DNA of 64,000 nucleotides from Octopus vulgaris (lineage: Eukaryota): contig OX597827.1 in NCBI GenBank assembly GCA_951406725.2, forward strand, positions 51,212,001 through 51,276,000, written 5' to 3'. The number at the start of each line of letters is the position of its first letter. The stretch's first letter is position 1. Of this stretch, positions 25,160 to 38,522 are shown one piece after another. The position numbers and the translations under genes were made by a program. The notes under the pieces were generated by a model. It was given only the letters and a program-made list of their open reading frames with translations. It did not search any database and had not been told where the DNA came from.

Positions 25160-27618
25160 TTAATAACTCTAATTATTAATACCAGAATACCAGCTAACAC
25201 CTTACTTAACCGAGTAAAGAAATGCAATTGTGACTGAAGGTCAGATTGAAACATGGTATATCTAGTATCCTGACTTTATGAGATGCTTTCAAATGTTTAA
25301 TTAATCACATCTTTGATATAGTTCTAATTGATGACAGCTGATTGGAATATTTCAATAGCATCAAATGCTATAATAAATTTTAATCTGGCTTCACATGTCA
25401 TTCTCTGAATTATCAATGAGTCTTGAAATGGCTTTTTCATATTAGTTCAATTAAAGATCGTTATAGTATATAATGATCAAGTCCTTTATACAAATAACTA
25501 ACTCTGAGTTTCTATCAGTCATGTTCTTTTATAGATCTCCCATACTTTTGCAAATTAAGGCATTTTTTTTTAATGGTTATTATACTTTAAGTTTCTCACT
25601 ACCTATAATTAAGAAATATCCTAAGAGCTACTGCTAACACCATCCAAGTATCCTTTTTAGAAACAAAATAACAATCTCTTAAAAGAATTACAAGGACCTT
25701 ATTTTCATATTTCAAATACTTTCTCTTTCAATAAAGCAACCAATTCGAATGCTGTTTGTCACTAAATTTGCTTCTATATTCTACCATCCTTAACTCCAAC
25801 TCTTGCTCTGACTTAAATAGAAATAAAGAATATATAGACCAAAATAAGAAATACAGATATAACTTTATTTGCTTGCATAAGAGACAATTCATTATTATTT
25901 TGCATGTATGTTTCACCAATATAACACGTTGAAGGAAACATCGATTGAAATTTGCACAAATTTCATCTTAGTCAAAATTTACGATTATGTATATTTCTAT
26001 GTAAAGAATATCGCTTGCATGTTAAGGTTGTGTATATAGTATGGGCTTTGTCTGAATATTTATATGCGATGGTATGAAAATGGAGTGGAATAACATCATC
26101 TTTAGTATTATTCTGATATAGACTAGCGTATTGTCAATATATTCTTGCTAACATATGTATATATAAACAAGGTAGAAGACTCAGACACTATTTGTTGCAC
26201 GTTAAAATTACCAAAATTATCATTTATTTCTAAGTAATTACAAGCACTCTTAAAGAAATTCTATCTGAAAATTCCAAAACGCCCAGTAAATTCAGAGCCG
26301 TTCAATTCTATAGGAAACGTTGCCATTTATACAATTTATGCGTACTGGACTCTACACGAACTTCTTGTTTCATATCATCATACAAAATTATAATTTGGAC
26401 TGATGTGTTCAACAACTGAATTACCGAAGTAACAGTATGAAATTACATCTACTACTGCCGCTGCTGCTGCTGCTGCTTTTACTACTGGAACAAAAACAAT
26501 AACAAAAAAACTGAAGTATTGTAGAAAAACAAAAACAAAGCTAACTAAAAGAGCAACCGTATACTTTGATATCGCACAATGTGATCGTAATAAAAAAGAA
26601 ATTACGTATTTATACTGACTGAGCCGTTAGAGCACAAAATATGATGGACAAATATACACAGAATATCAAATGTATACGATATATTGGTTATGAAACGGCA
26701 AGTGTAGTAAAAGAAATATATCCTTCACACAAAAAATTTCTATATAGCAACAATATTTCCCCCTTTGCTTCACAGTAAAAAAAAAAAAAAACCTAGATAA
26801 GTATAGATATTTACGCACCTGGTCAATTACTGAGAAAAGATGCTGACATTTAATGTCTAGGTGTTTCATACATACATACATTTGACTATAAACATCCATA
26901 TTACAGGTATGATCACATATATACGCGCACATACATAACACGCTATATTAATACAGATATACAGTATAAATATATGCAGTTATAAAGCACATGCACACAT
27001 TCTATAAATTACGGTTACATACGCAATAAGTATAAACGATTAGCAAAAAGCTGCACTTACACAGAAGTCGGTTTATTGTGCCCAACATTCTTCATTCAGC
27101 TTTTTATCGGAGTCATGAGAAACAGCTCCGAGTAAAAGTTTCCCACAAGAGGAATTGTAGCAGAGGGCAAGGCCTTACAAATTATGTTTTTTATTCCTTC
27201 AGATTTTAAAAATCTTTTATTGAATTCATTGTCAAACACGCTCCACATTTTAAAATATATAAAAAATACTTTCCTTCAGTCACTTTCCCCTCAAGTATTT
27301 AGGAACAGTTTTATATCGCATCATACCTTACTGGCGATCTGTGGTGATACGCGCATGCATGTAAGAAGGGAAATCTGATATTATCCTGAAGTATGAAATA
27401 TAGGAAGGGGTAGTGACTTGACCTCTCAACACTTGACGAAGTCCAGAGAGCGCGGTCTTAACATATGGTATGCCTCGGGTTTTTACTTCTTTTCGACCTG
27501 GCGGAACCCATCCTTCTCCAGGACTGACCAAGACCAATTTCTTCAAGAGAAAGAGAGAAAGGGAGAGATAAATCGATCCTAGTGCAGGACTGGTACTTTA
27601 TCGGCACCATAAAGGGAT

Positions 27619-27700
<82 letters not shown>

Positions 27701-27829
27701 GCATGTTGCATGTATGTATATGTATCAGTATCATCGCAATTTTAACGTCCATTTTTAATGTTTGCATGGGTCAGACGGAATTTGTTGTGGCAGATTTTCT
27801 ACTTTCCTGTTGTCAATCCCCACCTGTTT

Positions 27830-28063
27830 CTTATTTCTTTATTGCCCACAAGAGGCTAAACATAGAGGGGACAAACAAGGACACACAAAGGGATTAAGTC
27901 GATTACATCGACCCCCAGTGCGTAACTGGTACTTAATTTATCGACCCCGAAAGGATGAAGGGCAAAGTCGACCTCGGCGGAATTTGAACTGAGAACGTAA
28001 AGACAGACGAAATACCTCTAAGCATTTCTCCCGGCGTGCTAACGTTTCTGCCAGCTCGCCGCC
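27830..28063 (-). mobile_element. SINE family C
   Basis: Match to 13868-14099, with CACCTGTTTCT/TACCTGTTTCT flanks. Confidence 0.88.
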
Positions 28064-28515
28064 TACCTGTTTCTATTAAGTTAATATTTCCCTGCGGCCA
28101 CAGAAGACTGAGTTTTCACAGAAGACTGAAAACAAAGGGCTCTGTATAATACGGATGCTCATTTACAGATTTTTCATGATACAAAACACACACACACACA
28201 CACGAGTTTTCTTTCAGTCTCCATCTACCAAATCCACTCACAAGCGTTTGGTTGACCGGCACAGATGCAAAATTCACCACATGGCTATACCTGTACCTAT
28301 AATATATGTATTTATACATAAATACATGCATTCAGAATGATAACTAGAAATCACTTTCAAACAAAGTCATTGCTTGAGTCTTCTCTTGAGACATAGCAGC
28401 ATGGATGTGGACTTTCAGTTCTGCTAGGGGCCGACACACTTGAAACAAATGTGGAAATAATGAGTACTGCTTACAGTAGCTATTCACAGAGGTTGTTATC
28501 TGTCAGTCTGTCTAG

Positions 28516-28546
<31 letters not shown>

Positions 28547-29732
28547 TCTATTTATCTACCTACCTACCTACCTATCTATCTATCTACCTCTCTCTTTCTA
28601 TTATATATATATAGGCAAATACACACACAGATATATGTATGTATATATAAGAGTGTGTGTGATATGTACATCATACCTGTGATTTGTTGCTATAGTAATG
28701 AAATGATTTATATTTGAGTTTCAATGTTTCTAATTGTATTAATAATCAGGTATAGATGTAATGGAAAATATTACTGATTCACTCATACTTCTTATCTGTC
28801 AGTTCCCAAACAGTATCTATGTTTTTAAAGCTGTTAACACCACCAGATTGAACGGTACTGCCCAGGTATCGAAATGATAATGATATCCATTTGGCAGCAG
28901 ATGATGGGAATATATGTTTGATGTACTTCTTTGTGAATCTTTTATAGCTTGTGTTCTTGTTGTTTTGTCTTTTATTCTCATACAGTTGAACTTGTCCAAG
29001 GATTCTTGGTTTCAGGTAGTTTTGTTACAAATATATATATGTATATATAGGCATGGCTAAGTGATTGAGAAGCTTCTGAGTTCAGTTCCACAGCAGAGTA
29101 TGTATATACATACATATATATATGTATGTGTGTGTGTGTGCATAAATATATATAAATATATGTGTAAATGAAAATCCAGAAAATATAGGCAATAGATTAT
29201 TCTGTAGTGAGAAAATTACATTTTGGCTAATTCATGCCTTCTGTGCATTGTAAAGATAAGGAGTGAATTTTGTGTGCATATTTAGAGTTGAACTCTTGAT
29301 GTAACTATGATTCTCTGGTGATCTGATCAGATAGCATTTTATTTGCATTGATTTGTGAATGTACAATTATACTGCATAATACTGAGCATACATAATAATG
29401 CAATTGTACGTGTGATTCCTTGCAATGTGAAGTGTGAAATGGCTGTAATCAAATGGTAGTCATGTGATGATATAAATCTAATACTATTAAATAATATCTA
29501 CAATAAATAACTAAACCACATAAGATGAAATAAGGTTTAATAATACTAAAGATAAGTTAAATGTAATATATAGGTACATAAAATTAATATAGCATTTAAT
29601 TTAAATGACTATTTACTATAAATTTAAAGTCTAAATAATAAGTAATTAAATCAAATACATATATATTATGTTGAAATTGATTTATATTACTATAATAAAT
29701 ATTTATTTAAAAATAATATAATTATTTATTTA

Positions 29733-30065
29733 TTAGCTAAATATATTATAAAAGTACTTTAATTTATGTTTACATGTAATTTTACGTTCGTCCAAAGAGT
29801 TTACCAATGCATAATTGTTATGAAATAATATTTCCTTAAATTCATTATTACAAAGAGAACAATTATTACTCCCTATAGTATATGATTTAGCTCTACAAAT
29901 AATATCCCAATTTAATTTATATTTAATAGATCTAGATTTAAGGTCCCAAATATATTTACTGAGACTTGTTGAATTTATAAGATTTTTATTCCTAAAAGAA
30001 TACATATGTTGAAAAATTCTAGTTTTAATTTTATTCGAAGTGGACCCTATATAAATAGTATTTTA
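29733..30065 (-). pseudogene. Penelope-like GIY-YIG endonuclease C-terminal fragment
   Basis: TSLSKYIWDLKSRSIKYKLNWDIICRAKSY...CSLCNNEFKEIL...CKHK. Confidence 0.8.
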
Positions 30066-30071
30066 ATGAGA

Positions 30072-30305
30072 AGAAGACCTATGGAGCCGAGCAAATCGCA
30101 GTCATGGCAGATAATGGTGTCACACAAATGGCAATCGTGCTGTTGGCCTGTAAATGTACCCATTACACTCTTGGAGTGGTTGGCATTAGGAAGGGCATCC
30201 ATCCATAGAAAACCATGCCAAATCAGACTGGAGCCTGGCACAGCATACCAGCCTAGGCAAACTGTCCAACCCATGCCAGCATAGACAACTAAATGATGAT
30301 GATGA
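30072..30305 (+). mobile_element. SINE family A-related copy
   Basis: GGAGTGGTTGGCATTAGGAAGGGCATCC...CCAACCCATGCCAGCAT...GATGATGATGAT. Confidence 0.75.
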
Positions 30306-30345
30306 TTATATATATGTGTGCGTGTGTGTGTACACACATGTGTGT

Positions 30346-30388
<43 letters not shown>

Positions 30389-30394
30389 TCTTTA

Positions 30395-30443
<49 letters not shown>

Positions 30444-30445
30444 CA

Positions 30446-31370
30446 CTAGCAGAAAGACTGCCCCCTGGGCGGTTTTCTGCTAGCTCCTTGATATTTTCCC
30501 ATTTGATTCTAATTTCTAATAATTTTTATATTTTACATCTAATTATTTCTGTGAATAATAGTGCTCACTTGCTTAGTAAATATTTCTTTCATTATTTTAT
30601 CACAGTCATAATCTCTCTTATTTAAACAAACATCACGGTAGTCCAACAACAAAGGGAGAAGCATTTTGTCAAGTTTTACCTTCTCGTCGAAGCAACATAG
30701 AGATTTCAGTTCAGCAGCCCATCTGTAAACTTTGCAGTGTAAGTGTGAGAGAGGAGAGAGAACATTGCAAACAATGAATGAAATAAATATGCAATGAAAA
30801 AGTCATAAATAAAAGGGCATTACTATAGATGTCTATGCCCCTGACTTTGTTGCCTCATAACATCCAGAAAAATGGATACTTTTTAACAAAAGTTTTTACA
30901 AATACTGCTTAGATGTTGTGGTTTCAGTGTATAGAGGGATTTATGTGAAAGAATTTTTGCACATGATCTAACTTTTTTCCCCCATAACTTTCAGGAAAAT
31001 GGGTTTTTTAATAAAAATTTATATGGCATAGATTACAATTATAAAGTAATTTGTGGGAAGAATTTGGAGGGGGGGGATTTTCCCCAATTTTTTTTAAAAA
31101 CAGCCTTCGAAATGATGGGGTTGGGGGCGGTTCATCTTTGTATGAAAAATGTTTTGAAAACTCTATTTTTTTTTACACTCCCTCCCTCATCATCCTACTC
31201 CAGATCTATTTTGGCCAATTTGTTTTTGCACTTCACAACCATAGAAAGAACATTTTTGGTAAAAAATTCTTTTTTAAATTGTTCACATTTTCAGAGAGAA
31301 AAGTGATTTAAGGGTGATTTGGCTATTGTTTCTAGCACATCCAAAGACAACCCTCCCTTGTTTCTTTATC
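30446..31370 (-). mobile_element. Probable non-autonomous Helitron (3' end at 30446)
   Basis: The minus strand ends in CTAG beside a (TA)n tract, with a GC-rich subterminal hairpin (CTAGCAGAAAGACTGCCC-CCT-GGGCGGTTTTCTGCTAG). The 5' end is not defined. Confidence 0.45.
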
Positions 31371-32113
31371 ACTCTCGCATCAACTACTTCTAGTTTTTCA
31401 CCCTGGAATGTGGCGGAAGTTGTTCTCTGCACATTTTCAGTGTTTATTGCTCCTGAGCACCTGCCGCATACAAAAACTATCTTCCCATTTAGCCTTCCTT
31501 TGATATTGCTGCACCTCTTATGTGTCCATAGCTTACACTGGGTACATCTTATAGAGTTTCTACCTATGCCTTTTCTATAGATTGAGCAGGGCCATCTACC
31601 TGAAGGGATTTGTGGTTTGCCTGTCTTCCTACTTATTAGGTCTTTGGTTTTAGCTAGGTTGACTCTAAAGCCCTTCGATTCTAATCCTTGTTTCCACACT
31701 TGAATCTTCTCCTCTAGTTCTGATAGTGACTCAGCAATTATAGCAAGGTTGTCAGCATAGAGGAGCTCCCAGGGGCATCCTGTCTTGAATTGGCATCTCC
31801 AAACCTCTCTCTTTGCAGCCTCATTTAGTGCAAGAGAACCATCATCTATGCGGATACATTTCTCTCCTGCAACATCACGATTCTCTCTCACACACTGTCT
31901 TGCAACACGAAATACCTTAAGTCTTTGGTCCTCGTGGTGCAAAACATTGACAATTTTTTTCTTATCTGCTTCCCCTCTGGCTAAATAAACCTGTCTCCTA
32001 GCTTCCCTTCTGGCAGTCTGATACAGTTCCCTGCTACCACCGTTCTTCCAGTCCTTCCAAGCCTGTTTCTTTTTTCTAATAGCCCTGTCTATAACATTGT
32101 TCCACCACCACGT
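31371..32113 (-). mobile_element. RTE-clade LINE fragment (internally deleted RT region)
   Basis: TWWWNN...VFRVARQCVRENRDV / GCPWELLYADNLAIIAESL...WKQGLESKGFRVNLAKTK...CTQCKLWTHKRCS. Confidence 0.85.
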
Positions 32114-32752
32114 TATATATATATATATGTATATACCAGAGTAAGCACATAAATGTGAAACAATATGGAAAAAAGAGTACTCAAATACCAGAGGTAGAGT
32201 AATATGCTTTATTTAAAAGCAGCAAAAATATAACAAAAGCTGTTACTCAGAGTTTCACGTTCTCGTTCGTTGGACAGTTTTGTTAAAATAGAACAGAAAT
32301 AATGATATGATCAAACCTAGTTAAAGGATACACCTTTAAAAATGGATTTGTTTCAGTGGTCCTTTCAATTAAAGGTCTTAAGCATGCTATGAACAAAATA
32401 AACAAAATAAATGAATTCAATATAAATTCATCCTATTATAAAAATCAAAGAAAACCTTAAATTGAAGAGTGGATTCAAAATACAAACTATAAATAATTAT
32501 GTACTAAAAAATATAATTCAATTAATACACTAAAATTAAAATTGAAATTTTCACGCTGCATTACATAAATATTTTACAACAGTACATACGCATATGAGAC
32601 CATCTGTAATATACATATATACATCAAAATACACAGATGCATACACACAGACTACATACATATACAGGTATATATATGTAAGACATAAATATATGCTCAT
32701 ATACACATGTACATATATGCACGCAACCATGCCTGCATATGAAAATCTCTTG

Positions 32753-32800
<48 letters not shown>

Positions 32801-32904
32801 CGGACTAAACACATTCATGTGAAACAAGGGGGAAAATAGAGTACTCAAATACCAGGGGTAGAGTAATATGCTTTATTTAAAAGCAGCAGAAAATCCAACG
32901 AAAC

Positions 32905-32942
32905 CTGTTACTCTGAGTTTCACGTTCCCGTTCGTCGGACAG
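32905..32942 (-). ncRNA. Minimal type I hammerhead ribozyme motif (CCGACGA core)
   Basis: Minus strand CTGT-CCGACGA-ACG GGAA CGT-GAAA-CTC A GAG-TA-ACAG. Helices I, II and III all pair. Confidence 0.65.
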
Positions 32943-33021
32943 TTTTTACTAGAATAGAACCAATATGCCAATTCTATACAGTCTTGATAGAATTGGCATA
33001 TCGGTTCTATTCTAGTAAAAA

Positions 33022-33059
33022 CTGTCCGATGAACGGGAACGTGAAACTCAGAGTAACAG
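33022..33059 (+). ncRNA. Minimal type I hammerhead ribozyme motif (CCGATGA core)
   Basis: CTGT-CCGATGA-ACG GGAA CGT-GAAA-CTC A GAG-TA-ACAG. Predicted cleavage after GUA (33055). Confidence 0.65.
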
Positions 33060-33103
33060 GTTTTGTTGGATTTTCTGCTGCTTTTAAATAAAGTATATAT
33101 ATA

Positions 33104-33615
33104 TCTATATATATAAAACTGTAGTTGTGTGAGTGTCTGTCCCCTTCGATTTAGATTCCTAACTACTCCCACATTTTGCGGTGCAGTTTAACCAAATTTG
33201 GGTATCTTATAGTCGTGATTCATATCGAGCCCGTCTGAGTATTAGCGCGCGTCTACAATGAGTCTACGATTTTAAAAATAATTTAACATCATTTTTTATT
33301 CCATTTTAATGCATAATTTTTCGTGTGTCGATGGCGGCGGAGTTGGCGTCCATGGTCACACCTGCACCTGTTTGCTTCTCCCCCTTCTTCCCTCCCTCGT
33401 GAAGCTGTGGGGAAGGGAGTGTAAGGAAATCAACGTCGTAAAGCGTTGTCAAGGAGACCAGCGTTCTTTTAGAACAATGACTTCATGGCTTGAAGACACC
33501 AAAACAGAAATGGCTAAGAAAGCCCGAATTGGCATCTATAAGGAAAGTAACTCTCTAAAAATGCTTATATAGTTATTTCCCTTACAAACCCGAGCAACGC
33601 CGGGCGATACTGCTA

Positions 33616-33616
<1 letters not shown>
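33104..33616 (+). mobile_element. Non-autonomous Helitron
   Basis: 5' TC (TCTATATATATAAAA), 3' hairpin CCCGAGCAACGCCGGG (33589-33604) and terminal CTAG. Inserted between A and T in a (TA)n tract, no TSD. Confidence 0.85.
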
Positions 33617-33651
<35 letters not shown>

Positions 33652-34475
33652 GATATAACAGACAAGATAGATGAGAAGTATATCTTAAATGTAGGGAAGG
33701 AAAAAGGAAAAGGATCCAAAACGTAACAGTTAGCGAAGGAAAGAGGTAAGTAAGAGGGAGAGAAGAGGAACGCATTGTTAAAGGACGCTATACAAGTAAT
33801 GAATAGGGAGAGAAAGGATACTTCTCGTAAGGAAAGAAAAAAAGAAAGATAGGTGGCGGAATATGTGTAACAAACGTACACAAAAGAAAATTACATATAT
33901 ATGTGTATAAAAAAGTGTATACTAGCATAAATATAAGATCACGTATATAAATATATGGAAATATGCACGTAAATACACATCCACACAAATATAAGTGTAT
34001 ACATGCATACATATACATCCATGTATGTATGTGCACAAGTATAAACATACACGCTTACTTACACATATACATAGACGCACACATATGAATACATATGCAT
34101 GCCAACAATACAGACATCCACATAAAAACATATCTAGGTCCTGACGTATATATACAAACAACTTTTTAAAAAAATTACTGAGTGTATAATAATAAAAATC
34201 AGATAAAAGACATGCAAAATAGAACACTATATATAGAATTATCTATAAATTAAACAATTAAATGGGTTTTATAAAATACAATAAAATGAAATAAAATAAA
34301 AATAAAAATAGAATCTTAAACCTGAAAATAATATATGCATATAACAGTTGAAGGTTTTCTTAAGAAATATGTCGAAATATATACAATATCTTTGCAATGT
34401 GAAATAAATCATGTATTATAAGATACAAATCCAACAGGGTGATTGAAAACTAGTTCAAGAATCAAAAATTATATA

Positions 34476-35140
34476 CTATCCATATGATATATTGCTAGAC
34501 GATATTTTAAATTTTGTTGCATGTCTGCAGGAATTCAAGAGTTTGCATCTTTGATTCAAAGTGCTATTGTCCTGGAATAAAATATAGAATTTCTCCAACA
34601 GACATAAATCACATTTGATGGGTCTTTTATGCGCACCATGTCTGTAAGGTGATGCTCTATCTAAAATTCGCCATGTCATGTTGAAATGTCGGGTTTCGTT
34701 TTCTTTTAATTCCCAGACATATTTTATCAGGCTGGTCTTTGTCCTATTTTCGGGGTATTGGAAGGAATTTATATGAGAATAAAATTGGGTTTTGAAAGAA
34801 TTTTCAGAAACCCCTGTGTAAGTTCTATATTTGTGTGATCCTTCTATCTGCACTTTGGCTCTATACATGATTCCTTTCTCCAGACATTTTCCTTCCAATG
34901 GACAGGAGGTCCCATCTTTGCAATTGCAATTTTTAGGAAAAGAATTGGCACTATGATTATTTGCAATTATTGTTGTGTTGGTTAATAAAAGAGGCAAAGT
35001 TTTTGCAGCAAGAATAGCTGATCTTAAGTGTTCTTCTATTAAATATTCTATAAAACTTATGGTTAGGTTGAAAATGTCTAGAGACTAATTTTAAGAATTC
35101 CCTACCTATATTTTTTTTTACGGCCATATTGAAAGGAAAA
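34476..35140 (-). mobile_element. Penelope-like element, GIY-YIG endonuclease domain
   Basis: CNCKDGTSCPLEGKCLEKGIMYRAKV...TYTGVSENSFKTQFYSHINSF...TSLIKYVWELK...CDLCLLEKFYIL...CRH. Confidence 0.88.
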
Positions 35141-35619
35141 CAATAGCAGAATCACTTTATTAGTCAGTTATGATCGTTTTTGATAACTGGTGGAACTGTT
35201 TTCGATCAATCAACATGCTGGATCATACAAAAATTATTAAAATACATGTCATATAAGGATTCTATAAAACCATGCTATGTCAAATGAAAATACCAGCAGT
35301 CATCTCTTCATGACAATCAACAGTAGTAATACAGTGTACAAAGGTGGCTACAGTCTTATAAATACAATTTTATAAATAGAGATGAGTGAGAGTGACTTAG
35401 ATGATCAGAGCAATAAATGACAAAGTTGACATACAACTGAAGAAAAACAAAAGTAATAAAACCATGGGGACAAAGAGTCTCGTTAATTCCCCTACATATG
35501 ATCTATTGTAATATTAAGGTCATTAATGCTAACAAGTTAAAAACGTTGAAATTTACTCAATATATATGTGAGAAGAACGATAAATGTTAAGATAACAGTA
35601 GTAATTACTATTATACTCT

Positions 35620-35850
35620 CAGGCAAGCTGGCAGAAACATTAGCACGCTGGGCAAAATTCTTAGAAGTATTTTGTCTGCCGTTACGTTCTGAGTTTAAAT
35701 TTCGCTGAGGTCGACTTTGCCTTTCATCCTTTCGGGGTTGATAAATTAAGTACTAGTTATGCACTGGGGTCGATGTAATCGACTTAATCCCTTTGTCTGT
35801 CCTTGTTTGTCCCCTCTATGTTTAGCCCCTTGTGGGCAATAAAGAAATAA
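35620..35850 (+). mobile_element. SINE family C
   Basis: Match to family C with an AATAAAGAAATA tail. Confidence 0.88.
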
Positions 35851-36278
35851 TAAGAAATATTTACAAGAAACAAAAAAAAAACATTATGAAAAAAGAACTT
35901 TGGAAGATAAGAATAAGAACGTAGGGTTAAGACCTAACCCAGAAATTATGCTAAATATCATTAGGTGAATTGATAGCTAAAATTTAATAAAATTATTATT
36001 CATGAAATCAATGTTTAGTTATAAATGAGAAAAGTAAAGCTAGATATAAGAGATATATTGACAAAATACATAGGTATATGACCCCACCCAAGGGAATGCA
36101 TATATAATTTAATCAGAGTTAAAATTAAATTAAATAAACCAAATGATTAATTCCATAGGAATAAATTTAGTAGAGAGTATAAGATGTTAAAAATAAAAAT
36201 AATCAGTGAAAAGTTATTGTAATACAGAGAAAGAAAAATCTATCATTAAACGGTGTGCAAATTATGTGAGTTAGTTAA

Positions 36279-36500
36279 CCCTTTTGACACTAACCCGGCC
36301 AAAACCGGCTCTGGCTCTGTAGTATAAATGTCTTGTTTTCATAAGTTTTTCATTAAAATATACCACCAAACCTTAGTCACAATTTATGATCCTAACAGTA
36401 GCTTAATGATAACTAAGTTATTTTACTAAATTCTTTGTTATATTTACAATTAATTGAAAGAAACACAGAGCATCTCAAAATGAATACGGTAACGAAAGGG
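36279..36500. mobile_element. piggyBac-like MITE family 1
   Basis: TTAA-CCCTTTTG...CGAAAGGG-TTAA. Confidence 0.85.
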
Positions 36501-37607
36501 TTAAACAGAAACAGGGAAAAAGTTATATGTTTGTTTATAAATAAGACCAAATTCATACATTATGATTTCTACTGCCTTCATAGAAAACAAATTACACCTA
36601 CTCCAAACCCCTATGTATGTATAATTGACTAGAAATAGAGAAATATCTCTTTCCTTGAAACCCAAAATAAATTTAGTTAAAAGAATGTATATAACTAGTC
36701 TACATAGATTTAAATTAGATGCTGTGGGATCTATATAATAGTCTAGAGGTGCTTGAACAGAACATTTATATACTAAATTTGCACTGCTTACTTAGAGGGC
36801 ACTTACATTGATCCTTGAAATTACACATATTATTATAGTTATTAATTGGTGAAACATTAATCATTGTATTGTTATTGTTACACAAGACTCACACACCTCT
36901 GCAAAACTGAGTTCTAGAAGTACCGTGTGTGTGTGTGTGCATGTGTGTGCCCAATCTCCTCAAATCAACCCCTCTACCTATCATCTCTCTCACTGCAACT
37001 CACTCTTGATAACATCATATTTTTCTTGCTACATGGAACCATTTCGCTTATCCATTCTTCATCCATTAATACTGTTCTCTCCAGCCACACATTACACTGA
37101 TCATCCTGCCCTCCTCCAAAGAGCCAACAAATTATCCCTCCTCATGAACCTCACCTGTCTCTATCCTACCCCTACTCCTGCAACCTACCCAATCACATGT
37201 CATCTCTCTCTTGTCCTCCTCCTGTCAACTGTATCACTATTACTATCCAGCCCTTCCCTCACTCTCTTTCGCAGCCCTCTGCCTTCCATACTCATGCATC
37301 ATTGGTTATCCACAACCCCATAACCACCATTTCCTACAGTCACTCTTCAACCCTGTCTAACCATTACAGTTGTTGCCTGCCCACTCTCATTCTCCCATTC
37401 CCTGAAAAGTTGGCATTGGAGAGGGCATCCAGTTGTACAAAAAGCATGCCAGAGCAGACTCTGGAGCATGATGCAGTCCTTGGACTAATCGGATCCTGCC
37501 AAACTGTTCAACCCATGCCACCAGGGAACATGAATGTTAAATGATGATGTTCATATATATATATATATATATACATACACACACACACTCACACATATCC
37601 ATATATA

Positions 37608-38522
37608 CAAAGTGGTATCAAAAAGTTCCTGGACTAGTTCTGTAGCATGCCAACAGATGGTAGCACACAGTTGCACGTACAGTGAGAGCGAGTAGTCACC
37701 TTCGTGAGAGAGTGTGCTAAGTGATATCACTACTTACTTTACAAGTTGTGAAATTTGTGATTTTATGATCACTTGTATACAGTAGTCTGTGATTTTTGTC
37801 ATGGAAAAGAAATTGGAACAAAGAGGCAAGGTGAAACTCTACGTTAAACTTGGGAAGTCTGCTACAGAGGCAATGAGCATGCTTTGGCAAGCTTACAGTG
37901 ACAAGGCAATGGGTTGTATGAAATGTTTTGAGTGGCTCTGGCACTTCAAAAGCGGAAGAATGTCCCTGGAAGATGATGAGTGATCTGTAAGACCTACCAT
38001 GAGCACCACCCCTGGAAATGTGGAGAAAACTTCTCAGCTTGTGCATGAGGATCTCGGAGGACAATCAACAATGTTTTGAAGAGTTCGAGGGAGGAGATTT
38101 GACATAAGCGACTAGATGTGTGCAGCATGAAAAATTGGACTTTTCATGACAACAATGCACTGTCACTGAGCTCTCCTCACTTGTGAGTTTCTCACCAAAA
38201 ACAATATGGTATCACTTCTCTCTTCTACATCCACCCTATTCACCTGATTTAGCATCTGCAGACTTCCATCTCTTCCCCAAGATGAAAATGCAGCTCAAAG
38301 ATGGCTATTTTAACACTGTCATTGAGATCAAGAGTGAATCTCAGAAGGTCTTCGACCTGCTTTCAGAAAATGACTTCCAGGCCAGATTCCAAAAATGGCA
38401 GGAATGCTGAAACCAGTATATTGCTCCACAAGGTGACTATTTTGAAGGAGATGATGTTAAAACTTAGGTAAGTAATTTTTTATCAAACATAACTAGTCTG
38501 GAGACTTTTTGATACCACCTTG
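37608..38522 (+). mobile_element. Mariner element, internally deleted, pseudogenised transposase
   Basis: TIRs CAAAGTGGTATCAAAAAGTT / GACTTTTTGATACCACCTTG. MEKKLEQR...KLGKSATE...FKSGRMSLEDDE*, HDN, HPPYSPDLASADFHLFPKMK. Confidence 0.9.

Larger units (their letters stand above)
32136..33093 (-). mobile_element. Penelope-like terminal repeats: two direct copies (32136-32293, 32810-32960) plus one inverted copy (32987-33093)
   Basis: ~150-bp direct repeat with AATAAA on the minus strand, ending at (TA)n. Each copy contains a hammerhead motif. A GIY-YIG ORF lies upstream on the same strand. Confidence 0.7.
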
